This document shows, in pieces, positions 40,649 through 49,823 of a DNA stretch of 62,057 nt (position 1 is the stretch's first letter; each line of letters opens with the position of its first letter). A program made the translations under genes and the position numbers. Origin of the DNA: Cyanobacteria bacterium P01_A01_bin.123 (GTDB lineage Bacteria; Cyanobacteriota; Cyanobacteriia; Phormidesmidales; Phormidesmidaceae). The notes beneath the pieces were generated by a model. The model ran no database searches, was not told where the DNA came from, and saw only the letters and a list, made by a program, of their open reading frames with translations. Where the stretch lies: the NCBI GenBank assembly GCA_039815185.1, contig JBCBZT010000046.1:1-62057 (forward strand), read 5' to 3'.

Positions 40649-43600
40649 ATGGTAACCATTGATGACAGTCGTTGGCCACTAGTATCGGCCCATTTCCAGG
40701 GGATGGGTACTCCCGAGGAAATGAATCGCTTCTATCGCTGCTTTGAAGCGTGGTTAGCCAAGCGAGAACGGTTTGCCCTGGTGCTTCAACGAGACAATGC
40801 CGAGGCCGCCGAAGAACAGGGCAAGCGCTCTCCAGTGGCCAAGCAAATGCGCAAAGACGGCATTGCCTGGACAAAAGCCCACAAGCCTGACATCTCCCAA
40901 TACTGCGCTGGGGTAGCTATGGTGCCCGACTCAGTGAAGCTGATCAAGCTATGGGGGCCGATGGTAGCCAAAGTAACCCAAAACATGTACGGCTGCCCCG
41001 GCAAGGTGTTTGGCTCCGTTGATGAGGCTAAGACATGGGCCGCAGACCAGTTAGGCATTGCCGCCAAGCAACCCACCACTCCATCAGGTTCAATATCGTT
41101 CAAACAGGTGGTGCTGAGACAACGCCTTACCCTAGCCCTATCGGGGCTGCTGGCTGCTATCGGGGCAGCGCTGGGCTTGGTGCCTTACTATCTGATTTAT
41201 TTGGTGAGTCTCAGGTTGTTTGATCAGAGCGCTTCTGCCTTAGATGGGCAGTACATTGGGCAGTTAGCCTGGATCGCTGTGGGGGCTGTGGTTGGCAAAG
41301 CGCTGTGTAATGGATTCTCAGGCCGCCTCTCTCACATTGCGGCCTATACGATTCTCTACGACCTGCGCATAGAACTGGCCCGCAAGCTGGGGAGTTTGCC
41401 TTTGGGTTACTTTACGAACCGCACGACGGGCGACATTAAAAAAATCATCCATGAAGATGTGGAACAGATGGAACAGGGGCTGGCCCACCTGATTCCGGAT
41501 GTGGTGGCGGGGGTAACGGTACCGCTGCTGGCGGGCATCTTGTTGGTGCTGGTGGATTGGCGCATGACCTTGGCGACGCTGGCGAGTGCGGTGATGGCCA
41601 TCGGCTTTTTTGGCTTTATGATGTCGCGCTTTGACATGAGTGCCTACAATGCGCTGCTGGCCAAGATGAACGGTGTGGTGATTCAGTACATCAACGGCAT
41701 GAAGGTGATTAAAGCCTTTACCCGCACTGATTTTTCCTTCGCTCAACTCCAGGATGTGGTGGAAGAAATGCGGCAAGTGTATGTGCGCACCACCCGCACC
41801 TCTGCCCTACCCATGGCGATCATGCTGACCCTGATGCGTTCAGCTGCAGTCACGGTGGTACCCGTGGGTATTGCCCTATATTTGACCGGTTCGCTCAGCA
41901 TTCCAACGTTCGTACTGTTTGTGGTGATGGGGATTGGTTTTAATCGACCGATTATGGCGGTAATTTTCCACGGACTGACAGGGTTTTACCAGATCAATGC
42001 GGCATCCCAGCGGATTGCCGCAGTCTTTAACCAGCCCGCGCTGGCTGACCCCCAAGATCCCCAGCAGCCTAGGGGCAATGCGATCGCGTTTGAGAACGTC
42101 TCCTTTAGCTATGGTGACATCCAGGTACTGAAAAACATTAGTTTTACGGCCCCCGCTGGGCAGGTCACGGCCTTGGTGGGGCCATCTGGGGCGGGCAAAA
42201 GCACCGTGGCCAAACTCATCCCCCGGTTTTGGGATGTGGACGATGGCGCGATCGCCATTGGTGGAGTCAATGTTAAAGCTATTGCCGTAGAGCAGTTAAT
42301 GAATCGGGTGTCGTTTGTCTTTCAAGACGTGTTTTTGTTTAACGACACCGTGCTGGAAAACATTTGTATCGGCAACCCCCACGCCACCCGCGCCGAGATT
42401 ATCGCAGCGGCCCACGCCGCCCGCTGCCACGAGTTTATTGAAACCTTGCCCCAGGGCTACGACACCCCCATTGGGGAGAATGGGGTTAACCTCAGCGGCG
42501 GTCAACGGCAAAGGTTGTCTATCGCCCGCGCCATCCTCAAAGATGCCCCGATTGTGGTGCTAGATGAGGCCACAGCCTACGTTGACCCCGAAAATGAAGC
42601 GCTGGTGCAGCAGGCTCTAGCCGGACTGTTAGCGGGGGGTAACAAAACCCTAGTAGTGGTGGCTCACCGCCTTTCTACCATCACAGAAGCCGACCAGATC
42701 TTAGTGATTGATCAGGGACAAGTGGTGGCCAAGGGCCGCCATGAGACGTTGTTGGCAAGTTGTGCCCTGTACCAAGACCAGTGGCAGGCCCATATGACGG
42801 CACAGCGTTGGCAGTTTGGGCAGGGGGAAGAGCGGGGGAGCGAGGGAGCGAGGGAGCGGGGGGGAGATGTAGACACGCAATTGATTGCGTCTCCCCTGCT
42901 AGGAAATATAGGGTATCAGGCTGTTTCAGAGCCTGTTTCAGAGCCTGTTTCAGAGGTGGATACTCCCCTGGAAAATCCCTATCGGGCGTTGGATGAAACC
43001 GATACCGTCTGGACAATGATGCAGAAGCTGATTCCACCCCATGCCACCCATTATTTTTGGCGGGCGGTGCGCTGGCGGATGATTGAAGGGATGGCCATTG
43101 GGGCCACCAGCTATGTGGTTTATTTGGTGCTGGTGGCCCTGTTTCAGGGAACCCAGTCAGGCATGGCTGACAGCGGGCAACTGTGGGGCTATGTAGCCGC
43201 AATTGTGATGTTGTGTCTGGCCCAAATTGGCTTTGGCTATCGGGCCAATGTGCAGGCCTATGCGTTGACCATGGCGGTGCAAACCCGGTTGCGACTGTTT
43301 ATCGCTGACTACCTACGACGGTTGCCCCTGGGCTTTTTTACCGAGCGTGCCACGGGCACCATTGATGCGCTGTACACCACCAACATCATGTATCTAGAAC
43401 CCCACCACGTTCTAGAGAGTTTGATTAACGCCATGGTGACACCCGTGATCATTTTTGTGGTGATGCTGGTTTATGACTGGCGATTGGCATTGGTGTTGGC
43501 CTCCAGCGTCCCCTTCGCAATATTGGCGTTGCGCTATGGGGAGAAGATTTTTGCGCGGGTTTGGCGATTGCAGGCGGCAGCGCGAGTGCGCTCCAATGCG

Positions 43601-44743
43601 CGCATGGTGGAGTATATACAGGGGATTTCAGTTGTTCGTGCCTTTAATCTCTCGGGGGATCGGCTGCGGCAATTTCGAGCGGGATTATGGGACTATCGAA
43701 CGGCTAGCCTCCGAACCTCAACTGAGTTGACGCCCGCGATGGTGATGTTTTTGTCGGTGTTAGAACTGGGATTTGCGCTGCTATTGGTAGTAGGGGCCAC
43801 CCTGTTTATACAAGGCAGTTTGAGTGGCGAGAACTTCCTCTTTTTTATGGTGTTGGGCTTAGCCTTTTACATGCCGCTGATGGCCATGGCCGACATGCTT
43901 GAGCTATATCGCATCATGCAAAACTGCGTCCGCAACCTAAATGAATTTTTGCGATCGCCCCTGTTGCCGACCACCCAAACACCTCAGCACCCCAGCGATA
44001 TCACCATCGAGTTCAAGCAGGTCAGCTTTAGCTACGGTAACGAACCCGTCCTCGATAACGTCAGCTTTACGGTGCCACCCCGATCGATGACGGCATTAGT
44101 GGGGCCAAGCGGTTCCGGCAAGACCACCATTACCAATCTGATTGCCCGTTTTTGGGATGCAAGTACTGGGGTCGTTGCGCTGGGGGGCGTCGATGTCCAA
44201 CAGCTCGCGACCAATACTCTACTGTCCCAAATGACGATGGTCTTCCAAGATGTCTATCTGTTTAACGACACAATCTTCGAGAATATTCGCTTTGGCAACC
44301 CCAATGCCACAGAAGCCCAAGTGATGGCAGCGGCCCAAGCCGCCCAGTGTCATCCGTTTATCTCCCGTTTGCCAGACGGCTACCAAACCCTAGTGGGCGA
44401 AGGCGGTGCCACCCTCTCGGGGGGTGAAAAGCAGCGGATCTCCATTGCCCGCGCCATGCTTAAGGATGCGCCGATTGTGTTGCTGGATGAAGCTACCGCG
44501 TCGGTGGATCCTGAAAATGAACGGCTGATTCAGCAAGCGATTCATGCCCTCAGCGCCCAGAAAACCCTAATCGTGATTGCCCATCGATTAACCACTATCG
44601 CGGCAGCGAACCAAATTTTGGTGCTTGATCAAGGTCGAATTGTGGAACGGGGGCAGCATCAGGACTTGATGGATCAAGGCGGGCTGTATGCCAGGTTGTG
44701 GGATGTTAGAGTGCGATCGCACGGTTGGAAAATTGCCGCATGA
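40649..44743 (+). CDS. Fused TMD-NBD-TMD-NBD ABC transporter (YbtP/YbtQ, IrtA/IrtB-like) with an extra ~140-aa N-terminal STAS/SEC14-like domain
   Basis: Two GPSG(A/S)GK Walker A, two LSGG and two LDEAT motifs; SHIAAYTILYDLR and VFQD motifs typical of siderophore importers; N-domain DDSRWPLV...FGSVDEAKTW. Confidence 0.88.
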   Translation: MVTIDDSRWPLVSAHFQGMGTPEEMNRFYRCFEAWLAKRERFALVLQRDNAEAAEEQGKRSPVAKQMRKDGIAWTKAHKPDISQYCAGVAMVPDSVKLIKLWGPMVAKVTQNMYGCPGKVFGSVDEAKTWAADQLGIAAKQPTTPSGSISFKQVVLRQRLTLALSGLLAAIGAALGLVPYYLIYLVSLRLFDQSASALDGQYIGQLAWIAVGAVVGKALCNGFSGRLSHIAAYTILYDLRIELARKLGSLPLGYFTNRTTGDIKKIIHEDVEQMEQGLAHLIPDVVAGVTVPLLAGILLVLVDWRMTLATLASAVMAIGFFGFMMSRFDMSAYNALLAKMNGVVIQYINGMKVIKAFTRTDFSFAQLQDVVEEMRQVYVRTTRTSALPMAIMLTLMRSAAVTVVPVGIALYLTGSLSIPTFVLFVVMGIGFNRPIMAVIFHGLTGFYQINAASQRIAAVFNQPALADPQDPQQPRGNAIAFENVSFSYGDIQVLKNISFTAPAGQVTALVGPSGAGKSTVAKLIPRFWDVDDGAIAIGGVNVKAIAVEQLMNRVSFVFQDVFLFNDTVLENICIGNPHATRAEIIAAAHAARCHEFIETLPQGYDTPIGENGVNLSGGQRQRLSIARAILKDAPIVVLDEATAYVDPENEALVQQALAGLLAGGNKTLVVVAHRLSTITEADQILVIDQGQVVAKGRHETLLASCALYQDQWQAHMTAQRWQFGQGEERGSEGARERGGDVDTQLIASPLLGNIGYQAVSEPVSEPVSEVDTPLENPYRALDETDTVWTMMQKLIPPHATHYFWRAVRWRMIEGMAIGATSYVVYLVLVALFQGTQSGMADSGQLWGYVAAIVMLCLAQIGFGYRANVQAYALTMAVQTRLRLFIADYLRRLPLGFFTERATGTIDALYTTNIMYLEPHHVLESLINAMVTPVIIFVVMLVYDWRLALVLASSVPFAILALRYGEKIFARVWRLQAAARVRSNARMVEYIQGISVVRAFNLSGDRLRQFRAGLWDYRTASLRTSTELTPAMVMFLSVLELGFALLLVVGATLFIQGSLSGENFLFFMVLGLAFYMPLMAMADMLELYRIMQNCVRNLNEFLRSPLLPTTQTPQHPSDITIEFKQVSFSYGNEPVLDNVSFTVPPRSMTALVGPSGSGKTTITNLIARFWDASTGVVALGGVDVQQLATNTLLSQMTMVFQDVYLFNDTIFENIRFGNPNATEAQVMAAAQAAQCHPFISRLPDGYQTLVGEGGATLSGGEKQRISIARAMLKDAPIVLLDEATASVDPENERLIQQAIHALSAQKTLIVIAHRLTTIAAANQILVLDQGRIVERGQHQDLMDQGGLYARLWDVRVRSHGWKIAA
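42830..42955 (+). repeat. Short tandem repeats in the linker between the two ABC halves
   Basis: GGGAGCGA octamer run at ~42836-42860; CTGTTTCAGAGC about three times at 42921-42955. Confidence 0.75.
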
Positions 44744-44985
44744 CGATTCCTCAGTATCCCGACCTGGGCGCTGCTATGCGAGGCGTGTGCCAGGTTTGGT
44801 GCAATCAACAAGGGTATAGCGATCCGTTTTCTCGCAATGGCGAATGGTGGGCGTTTCCGCCCCATGGGGTAATGCCGGTTCGCATTGCCACTGTGATGGA
44901 CCAAGGCGCACAGCAACTCGTCAAAATTGGCCCATTGACGCTAGCCCTTTTGCCGGATGGATCGGTGGCCAAGGGCAACGTGTAG
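44740..44985 (+). CDS. Small conserved cyanobacterial protein (WC...WWAFPP..VMP, possibly Slr1957-like)
   Basis: ATGA overlap with the ABC stop; aromatic motif. Confidence 0.6.
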   Translation: MTIPQYPDLGAAMRGVCQVWCNQQGYSDPFSRNGEWWAFPPHGVMPVRIATVMDQGAQQLVKIGPLTLALLPDGSVAKGNV

Positions 44986-45047
44986 TATTGGAGTTTGTTA
45001 GGCTAACGACAGGCTGGAGATTTCCCATCCGGAGGGTTTTCCATACC

Positions 45048-45629
45048 ATGGCACAGGCTGTGCAGTTCATGACGATAGAGGAGTATTTGGCGTATGACGA
45101 TGGCACTGATACTCGCTATGAGCTAGTGGATGGAGAGCTTGTAGAAATGCCCGTTGAAAGTCAAATAAATGCTTTGATTGCCAGATTTTTACTCCTGGAA
45201 TTACTGAAGCATTTTTCAATGGAAAGACTGGCCTACAAGGATACAGAAATTGAGGTCTCAGGTAGACGTGCTAAATCTCGGCTACCCGACCTAATGGTGC
45301 ATTCAGAAGAATCTTGCGCGGCTTTAGTCGGTGCAACGCGGGCTATCCTGTTGCGGGATATGCCCCCTCCAGCATTGGTGATTGAGGTGGTTTCACCAGG
45401 ACAAGACAATCGAGACCGGGACTATCGCTACAAACGTACGGAATACGCCGCTCGGGGGATTGCTGAATACTGGATCGTTGACCCAGAACTGCAACAGATA
45501 ACGCTGTGCTTATGGGTCAATGGGCAATATGAGGATACGGTTTACACAGGCAGTACGCCAATGCAGTCAACGGTCGTGGCAGAGTTTTCCCTGAGTGCTG
45601 CCCAGGTCATCGCCTTTGGCCAGAGCTGA
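45048..45629 (+). CDS. Uma2-family (DUF820) endonuclease
   Basis: RYELVDGELVEMP, PALVIEVVSP, DYRYKRTEYAARGIAEYWIVDP. Confidence 0.92.
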   Translation: MAQAVQFMTIEEYLAYDDGTDTRYELVDGELVEMPVESQINALIARFLLLELLKHFSMERLAYKDTEIEVSGRRAKSRLPDLMVHSEESCAALVGATRAILLRDMPPPALVIEVVSPGQDNRDRDYRYKRTEYAARGIAEYWIVDPELQQITLCLWVNGQYEDTVYTGSTPMQSTVVAEFSLSAAQVIAFGQS

Positions 45630-45663
45630 GGTCAGATTTAATCTAGATCACTGTTCCTATATT

Positions 45664-45768
45664 TATAGCGCTGGCCAGCTTGTTTAATGCACCGAGTATC
45701 GCTGGGATGCTGAGTGTACAGGCAAGCTGGGTCGCGGTAGCGCACAAGGCTTTGTGGCTACCGCTATA
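45664..45768 (+). repeat. ~104-bp two-hairpin dispersed element, copy 3, with TATAGCG/CGCTATA termini
   Basis: Stems CCAGCTTG/CAAGCTGG and GCGGTAGC/GCTACCGC. Confidence 0.85.
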
Positions 45769-45833
45769 AGTTTTTTGGCAAGGTTCGCAACTGGACAATT
45801 GAGCTAGCGTGACTTGACTGATAGCTGTGGTTA

Positions 45834-45852
45834 GTTGAGAATGATTCCTAAT
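45834..45852. promoter_or_regulatory. Fur box
   Basis: GTTGAGAATGATTCCTAAT upstream of AraC 45919. Confidence 0.6.
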
Positions 45853-45918
45853 TTATAGCCACAGCCTTATGCTTTAAGGCAATAGAAGCTTGCGATCGCC
45901 CGACTAGCCCTCAACACA

Positions 45919-46944
45919 ATGCCCCTCGATCACGCCCGGACTATCACTCAAACTGAATATGACGCCCTTTGGGATGACGCCTGTGAGTGCGGCGAGGTGG
46001 TTTGGGAGCAGGTCGATATCGAACGTCGACGGTTCATTCCTAAGCAGCTGGGACAAGGTGAGACACGGAAGATTAAGTTGCAGCCGGGGTTAGAGATTAT
46101 TATCGAGACGAGTTTGTATTGGCGATCGCTCTATTTGGACTACCAATTCGATCAGGAAGATAACCTGCTCTCTAATTTTTATCTATCCGGTAGCAACCGC
46201 ATGATCAATCCGGGCATTCGCTTCGAAGACGATCGGGAAGAAGCTGCGGGGGAAACCTGTCTGTGTTACCTGGCGGGGGCGCGGTCAATCGAGTATCGGC
46301 CTGCTGAGCAGCCGCTACAACAAGTCACGATTGTGGTGGATTTTGAGCAACTGCGCGCTTTCGGCGTGGAGGAGGAGCGCGTTTTCCCGCCACTGCGATC
46401 TTTAATGCAAGGCAAGCCTACAGATCTTTTCCATCAATCCTTGAGCCTTACCCCTGCTGCGATGCAGCCCATTCTGCGGCAACTGCTGGACTGTCCGTAC
46501 CACGGTGCAACCAAACGTATGTATCTGGAGGCTAAGGCGTTAGAACTGTTGGCATTGCAGTTTCATCAGCTGACTGAGGGACGGAGGTCTTCCTCAATGT
46601 CGCCCAATCTGCGCCCAGCTGATATTGAGCAACTGCAACTGGCGCGAGATATCCTACAAAAAAAGTTTGATCAACCGCCATCGCTGATGGCGTTAGCCAG
46701 ACAGGTGGGGCTAAACGACTATAAGCTCAAGCAGGGTTTTCGTCATCTGTTTGGCACGACGGTGTTTGGCTATGTGCAAACCTGTCGCATGGCGCTGGCG
46801 CAGCAATTGCTAGGCGATCTTGGCTTGAGTATTAGCAGTATTGCTGGACGGGTGGGCTATGTCAGTGCCAGTCGATTTTGCCAAGCTTTTAAGCGACATA
46901 CAGGTATGACACCCAGTCAATATCGTCGTCAGTTTAGCCGTTGA
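45919..46944 (+). CDS. AraC-family regulator
   Basis: QLLDCPYHG, LKQGFRHLFGTTVFG, VGYVSASRFCQAFKR. Confidence 0.93.
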   Translation: MPLDHARTITQTEYDALWDDACECGEVVWEQVDIERRRFIPKQLGQGETRKIKLQPGLEIIIETSLYWRSLYLDYQFDQEDNLLSNFYLSGSNRMINPGIRFEDDREEAAGETCLCYLAGARSIEYRPAEQPLQQVTIVVDFEQLRAFGVEEERVFPPLRSLMQGKPTDLFHQSLSLTPAAMQPILRQLLDCPYHGATKRMYLEAKALELLALQFHQLTEGRRSSSMSPNLRPADIEQLQLARDILQKKFDQPPSLMALARQVGLNDYKLKQGFRHLFGTTVFGYVQTCRMALAQQLLGDLGLSISSIAGRVGYVSASRFCQAFKRHTGMTPSQYRRQFSR

Positions 46945-46956
46945 GTTGGGCTGGGT

Positions 46957-47067
46957 TCGGCTTCGCTCACCCAGCGGTACTCACCCAGCGGTAGAGGATA
47001 TCCGTTTCCCTCGGCTTCGCTCACCCAGCGGTGGGAGATGTCCGTTCCCTGAGCGAAGTCGAAGGGA
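46957..47067. repeat. REP-like cluster of small dispersed repeats
   Basis: TCGGCTTCGCTCACCCAGCGGT at 46957 and 47011, a partial copy at 46980, and the inverted partner CTGAGCGAAGTCGAAGGGA at 47049. Confidence 0.75.
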
Positions 47068-47091
47068 ATAATCCAGAAAATCTATCGGGCT

Positions 47092-47185
47092 AAAAAATCC
47101 CGATCAGGCAAAAAAAGATCCGTTCCAGGCAATTGCAGAACTGGCAAACCGAATACGCTCAAGCTTATTAAGAACGTTTCTTGAT
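47092..47185 (+). promoter_or_regulatory. TBDT promoter: 21-bp tandem AraC repeats, -10 TACGCT, Fur box (47167-47185)
   Basis: AAAAAATCCCGATCAGGCA / AAAAGATCCGTTCCAGGCA; ATTAAGAACGTTTCTTGAT. Confidence 0.65.
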
Positions 47186-47203
47186 TAGCGTGAGGTGTGA
47201 GGG

Positions 47204-49795
47204 ATGCGTGAGCGAGATGTGCAAGAAGCAGGCCGAATTGGCTTGAGAGTGGAGTCTCTAAGATCATTGCTTTGGTTGGCAGGTGTGGTTGTGGCGATGA
47301 TGGGCCAACCGGGTTCGGCAGAGGAGGAGCGCGCAAGCGTTTCTAGTGCATCCGTTTACCCTGCCCCTCCTCCCCTCTCTGATCTCAATCCACCCGCCAC
47401 CACCGTTGATGACTGGATGGCCCAAATTGAAGCAGCGCTAGTGCAAATTACTAGCGTGCGTTTAGAGGCCACCGAGACCGGGTTGCAAGTCGTGATAGAA
47501 ACTGCTGGGGGTGAGTTAACAACACCCACAACCACTGTGTCAGGCAATGCGCTGATTGCCGAAATCCCTAATGCAGTGCTGGCCTTGCCAGCAGGAGAAG
47601 ACTTTCAGCAGTTTGAACCGGCTGGCGGCATTGCGCTTGTGCAGATGACACAGCTCCCCAATGACCGGGTGCAGTTAGCGATTACGGGTGTTGAGGCTGC
47701 CCCAACAGCTGAGGTGAGCACAGACGCAATGGGACTGACGATGAGTGTGCTCCCCGGCGTTGCTCAAGCGGTTGAGGACGAAGATGCGATTCAGATTGTG
47801 GTCACTGGAGAAGAGGATGAAGGCTATAACCCATCGAGTGCGAGTACAGTGACAGGTACTGATACTCCCCTGCGCGATCTTCCCTTCTCGGTTCAAGTGA
47901 TTCCGCGGGCAGTGCTGGATGACCGCAACATAACAGAGCTGGAAGATGCGCTGGAAACAGCAGGCGGAGTGACTCCTCCTCAAGGCCGAGGATCAGCTTC
48001 AGGTGGGGCGTTTTTTACTATTCGAGGGTTGGATGCGCTTGTCCTGCAAGATGGCTTTAGAGGGTTCTCATTTGCCCCTTTGAGCACCAATGATATTGAG
48101 CGAATAGAGGTCTTAAGGGGGCCAGCATCAGTATTATCCGCTCAAGGAGGTTTGGGCGGCACCGTCAATCTGGTGTCTAAGCGGCCCCTAAGTGAGCCCT
48201 TTTATGAGGTTTCAGCAACGGTTGGGAATTTTGACACCTATCGCGGGGCGGTGGATCTTTCAGGCCCATTGAATGAATCGAGAAGCCTTCGCTATCGCTT
48301 AAACCTGTCCTACGAAAACTATGGGAGTTTCCGCGACTTCGTAGACGGAGAGCGCTTATTAATTTCGCCTATTTTGACATGGGATATTGGGCAAAATACG
48401 TCGCTGGATGTGTATGGGCGATATACATATGACCGTGAAACATTTGACGACGGTATTCCCTTTACCAGCGATGGTGAACCGGTTGATGTCCCACGCAGCC
48501 GTTTTTTGGGTGAGGACTGGGGTGAATTTACCCAAGACCAATTCAGCGTTGGCTATCGTTTGAACCACGACTTTAGTGACAACTGGTCTGTGAGGCATAC
48601 CTCTGAATACTCCCAGTACCAACCTGAAAGATATTATCCGTCTGCTGGATTTGCCTTTGACTTTGACGAGGGAACTGGCGAGATTGGACGAGTCACAAAT
48701 AATGCTGACGGCACCTACCATCGATTTTTTACAAATGCCGAAGTGCTCGGTCGATTTAATACAGGAGATATCCAGCATCAGCTATTGTTTGGTATTGAGT
48801 ATCGCTACGCGGCGGAAGATCCAGGATTTCAATTCGGCAATCCTTACCCGTCAATCAATGTTTTTAATCCGGTTTATACGAATGAACCTTTTGAACAAGC
48901 GCAGTTCTTTTTCCGAGACGACAATATAGATAGTATCGGCGTTTATGTGCAAGACCAGATTGATATCACGCCCGAGCTAATCGTGCTGGCTGGGATACGG
49001 TTTGATTACGCTGATCAGTTCCGTACTACTCAAGATTTGGGTGCCCCCAGGGAAGAATTTACGCAGACAGACACAGCATTTTCTCCTAGGTTAGGTGTGG
49101 TCTATCAGCCCATTGAACCGCTCTCACTCTATGCTTCCTACAGCACCCAATTTGAGCCATCTGGTGCATTTAATCTTAACGCCGATGATTCAACCTTTGA
49201 CCCGGAGGAGGGACAACAGTTTGAGGTGGGTCTCAAAGCCGATTTATCCGACCGACTTAGCCTTAATCTGGCAGCCTTTGACATTCGTCGGCAAAATGTT
49301 TCAACCCCTGACCCGAACAGACCTGGCTTTTCGGTACAAACCGGGGAGGTGGCGAGCCGCGGTATTGAGCTATATCTCAATGGCGAGATTTTACCAGGTT
49401 GGAATATTACAACGGGTTACACCTATCTGGATGCTTTTATCAGCGAAGATAACACTGACATTGAAGGGAAGCGACCTGGTAACGTTCCGGAACATCAATT
49501 TAGCCTGTGGACGACCTACGAGATTCAGCAAGGGAATTTAGAGGGGTTGGGCGCAGGGCTCGGACTTTTCTATGTCGGAGAGCGGCCAGGCGACACCAGC
49601 AACACTTTTACGTTACCAAGCTACTTCCGCACAGACGCGGCTCTGTTTTATCAGCGAAACAATTGGCGGGCTCAGCTCAATTTTGAAAACTTGTTTGACA
49701 TTGAGTACTTTACGTCAGCCAACTATGAAATTCGAGAATCAGTGAATCCGGGCGAGCCCTTTGGTGTTACGGCATCCTTTTCTATAAACTTCTAA
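47204..49795 (+). CDS. TonB-dependent siderophore receptor with AMIN domain
   Basis: TDTPLRDLPFSVQV, ERIEVLRGPASVL, terminal INF. Confidence 0.95.
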   Translation: MRERDVQEAGRIGLRVESLRSLLWLAGVVVAMMGQPGSAEEERASVSSASVYPAPPPLSDLNPPATTVDDWMAQIEAALVQITSVRLEATETGLQVVIETAGGELTTPTTTVSGNALIAEIPNAVLALPAGEDFQQFEPAGGIALVQMTQLPNDRVQLAITGVEAAPTAEVSTDAMGLTMSVLPGVAQAVEDEDAIQIVVTGEEDEGYNPSSASTVTGTDTPLRDLPFSVQVIPRAVLDDRNITELEDALETAGGVTPPQGRGSASGGAFFTIRGLDALVLQDGFRGFSFAPLSTNDIERIEVLRGPASVLSAQGGLGGTVNLVSKRPLSEPFYEVSATVGNFDTYRGAVDLSGPLNESRSLRYRLNLSYENYGSFRDFVDGERLLISPILTWDIGQNTSLDVYGRYTYDRETFDDGIPFTSDGEPVDVPRSRFLGEDWGEFTQDQFSVGYRLNHDFSDNWSVRHTSEYSQYQPERYYPSAGFAFDFDEGTGEIGRVTNNADGTYHRFFTNAEVLGRFNTGDIQHQLLFGIEYRYAAEDPGFQFGNPYPSINVFNPVYTNEPFEQAQFFFRDDNIDSIGVYVQDQIDITPELIVLAGIRFDYADQFRTTQDLGAPREEFTQTDTAFSPRLGVVYQPIEPLSLYASYSTQFEPSGAFNLNADDSTFDPEEGQQFEVGLKADLSDRLSLNLAAFDIRRQNVSTPDPNRPGFSVQTGEVASRGIELYLNGEILPGWNITTGYTYLDAFISEDNTDIEGKRPGNVPEHQFSLWTTYEIQQGNLEGLGAGLGLFYVGERPGDTSNTFTLPSYFRTDAALFYQRNNWRAQLNFENLFDIEYFTSANYEIRESVNPGEPFGVTASFSINF

Positions 49796-49823
49796 GTCAC
49801 GTTTTCACTAGCAACTATGTTCA

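Noticed and set aside
46957..47067. Possible mini-CRISPR
   Set aside because: Repeats are irregularly spaced, include an inverted partner, and no cas genes are present; this fits a REP-like cluster.
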